From Hormiphora californensis (lineage: Eukaryota > Animalia > Ctenophora): 64,000 nucleotides of DNA. How positions within the stretch are numbered: position 1 is the first letter of the stretch; the number at the start of each line of letters is the position of its first letter. The position numbers and the translations under genes were made by a program. Under the pieces are notes generated by a model. It saw nothing but the letters and a program-made list of their open reading frames with translations. It was not told the origin of the DNA and ran no database searches. Positions 1 to 64,000 of this stretch are shown here, in pieces. The stretch lies in contig CM035362.1 of the NCBI GenBank assembly GCA_020137815.1, positions 4,278,001-4,342,000 on the forward strand, written 5' to 3'.

Positions 1-1080
1 TTTGGCAAAGTTCCGAAAACATGTGAAAGCTGTAAATTGGTGAAAAGTTGCGTCTAACGATTATCTAAGTGGCCATAAATTTTGGGCGTGTCCTTATTTG
101 AGATAAGCTGTACAGAGTTTTTTTTGTGAAAGCCGTCATTTCAGAAATAAATAAATTCCCTGTATCTCAAAAACGACTGATCGTAGAGACCTGAGACTAT
201 GCTTAAACGATTCAGAAGGTCCGATTTTGGGGGGGTCTTCTGAGAGACATTTTGCTCCTACTTCAACCGTTTTTGCTGTAATTGCGAAAAACAAATTCTA
301 TGAAAAGGGCAAAAGCTAAACTCCAATATCCTGTAATTAGGGAATTTTAGCTAAGAAAGGACCGAAACTATGGAAAAGTGTGTAACAAGCTAATTCCTTC
401 ACTATTTGGTCCATATGGGTCCCTATAATCACCAAAAACAAAATCACAAAAAATCCACGATGGCGAAGATGGGTTTTTGTTTTTCGCAATTACAGCAAAA
501 ACGGTTGAAGTAGGAGCAAAATGTCTCTCAGAAGACCCCCCCAAAATCGGACCTTCTGAATCGTTTAAGCATAGTCTCAGGTCTCTACGATCAGTCGTTT
601 TTGAGATACAGGGAATTAATTTATTTCTGAAATGACGGCTTTCACAAAAAAAACTCTGTACAGATTATCTCAAATAAGGACACGCCCAAAATTTATGGCC
701 ACTTAGATAATCGTTAGACGCAACTTTTCACCAATTTACAGCTTTCACATGTTTTCGGAACTTTGCCAAATAGGGCGTTAAAGTGGAAAAAAAGAAATCC
801 ATCTCAGGACCGGAAATCAGCTCGGATTGCGAAAAAAATTTTTGTGGTTATTCACCTTCATGTCCTCTTCAAATCCCCAAATTTTCATGCTCCTATCTTT
901 AGAAAAAAATTTTTGAGATGCCAAAAACGTATTTACAGGACATTTTTTAAACAGCTGTAGCAAAAATATGAATTCGACTTAAGGGCTAAAATTGCATATT
1001 TGAGGTCTCCTTGGTATGGCCTACAACCCTACGGTGAGAGATTTCCCTGCACTCGAAAAAAATTTTTGGTTAGCGTACCC
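1..1080. mobile_element. Non-autonomous DNA transposon (Kolobok-like end) with a large internal palindrome; left part outside window
   Basis: 1-~295 is the reverse complement of ~479-770. The element appears to end ...GCGTACCC followed by TTAA (1081-1084). Confidence 0.6.
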
Positions 1081-1208
1081 TTAATTCTAATTATTAATTA
1101 CAATTAGCTAATTTATTAATTTTACAAAACGGGAGAGATCGGCGTGCTATAGAATAAGAAAACCGTAATTGTTCTTTGCACTTTTACAACTACGACCAGC
1201 TCTCTTAC

Positions 1209-62915
<61,707 letters not shown>

Positions 62916-63253
62916 CTAGAGGGAAAGAGGGAGATATTATTGATTTTCAAACTAAAAGGTCTACAATACAGGGACAAAATCACGCGTAGATATAGACACA
63001 CATAATATAGATATAAAGATAAATTTCCCTGTACAATAGAGCCAGATAGCGGAGGGCTGTAGACAGCGCTTACACCTATCAAGAGAGATATTAAATCAAT
63101 TTATAGAATATATGAAAATATGATATTTATAGTATTATCATAGTTATTAAATAGATATTAATTTTATTGAGATTTGAGCATGAGCAGCCGCATGATGATA
63201 ATGATCAACATGAGTAATAATGTTATGATGGTGCTTCTGCTATGATTGGAATA

Positions 63254-64000
63254 CAGTCGGACCCCGATTTAGGGACACCCTCGGGGGAAAGGGTCTTGTC
63301 CACTAAATCGGGGTGTCCACTAAATCGGGGTGAGCCATATTTGGCCCATAAAAACCTATTTTATGCCCAAAATGCTATATTATTAAGACACCTCTAACTG
63401 TTATATGCAATATTCATGTATTGATGACATCATCATTTCTGATTAGAAATAGAAAAATATAAAATAGTTTTTTTTCAAAAAAATGTGAACAATTTTCTAA
63501 GTTATACCAGCCCGTCCGATTTGTGTTTCGAATCGGTGCAGCTTACTGGATGTCCTGTCTAATTAGCGGATTCGAAACGAACCGATACGTGATACCATGC
63601 CGACAGCCGAATCGGGGCACCCTAAGCGGGTGAGGAAATATCAAAATTTCAAAATAACTTTTTCTCTCAAAATTTATGGGGAGCACCGATCAAAGCATTG
63701 ACAATCGTACTGTAAAATTTTGCAAAAAAAGTTTTAAAATTTTTTAAAGGTATACCAGTCACGTCCGAATCGTGTTTCGAATCGGTGCATCTTATCGCAT
63801 GTCCTGCTGCTAATTAGACGGTTCGGAACGAATCGAAACGTGATCCCCATCGAATCGGAATTTTGACACTTGGTGAACTTGTGATTCAATGGCCCCATGG
63901 GGATCACGTATCGGTTCGTTCCGAACCGTCTAATTAGCAGCAGGACATGCGATAAGATGCACCGATTCGAAACACGATTCGGACGTGGCTGGTATCTTTT
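63254..64000. mobile_element. Longer Tc1/mariner-type element, left end, with an internal palindrome
   Basis: TA|CAGTCGGACCCCGATTTA start; arms 63752-63849 and ~63894-63995 are inverted. Confidence 0.7.

Overview
Intron-rich animal genomic DNA, most likely a ctenophore (Pleurobrachia/Hormiphora-like). This is inferred from the ~108-nt CAGGAACCGACC...GGTCGGTTCCTG MITE, the GTTACCATGGTAAC-type repeats and the gene architecture. Splicing exons by hand shows that the whole window lies inside one minus-strand furry (fry/FRYL) gene. Its introns host three plus-strand genes: a catalytically dead papain-family protein fused to beta-gamma-crystallin domains, a 31-kb soluble guanylate cyclase, and a secreted protein with a repeated unnamed domain. 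The guanylate cyclase introns in turn host three minus-strand genes (doubly nested): an N-myristoylated protein carrying a LINE-ORF1-like domain, a Na+/K+-ATPase beta subunit, and a GPI-type ENPP. Introns are full of tandem arrays that copy the exon/intron junctions, an oriented TAGTTAAWGTAAC motif, and many palindromic non-autonomous DNA transposons (hAT, Kolobok-, Tc1-, Academ-, Helitron-like). Some stretches (about 15.7-17.0 kb and 58.1-59.5 kb) look like low-quality sequence, and a 2.5-kb duplication is probably an assembly artefact. Homology calls are from motif recognition by eye, not database searches, and exon coordinates may be off by a few bases.
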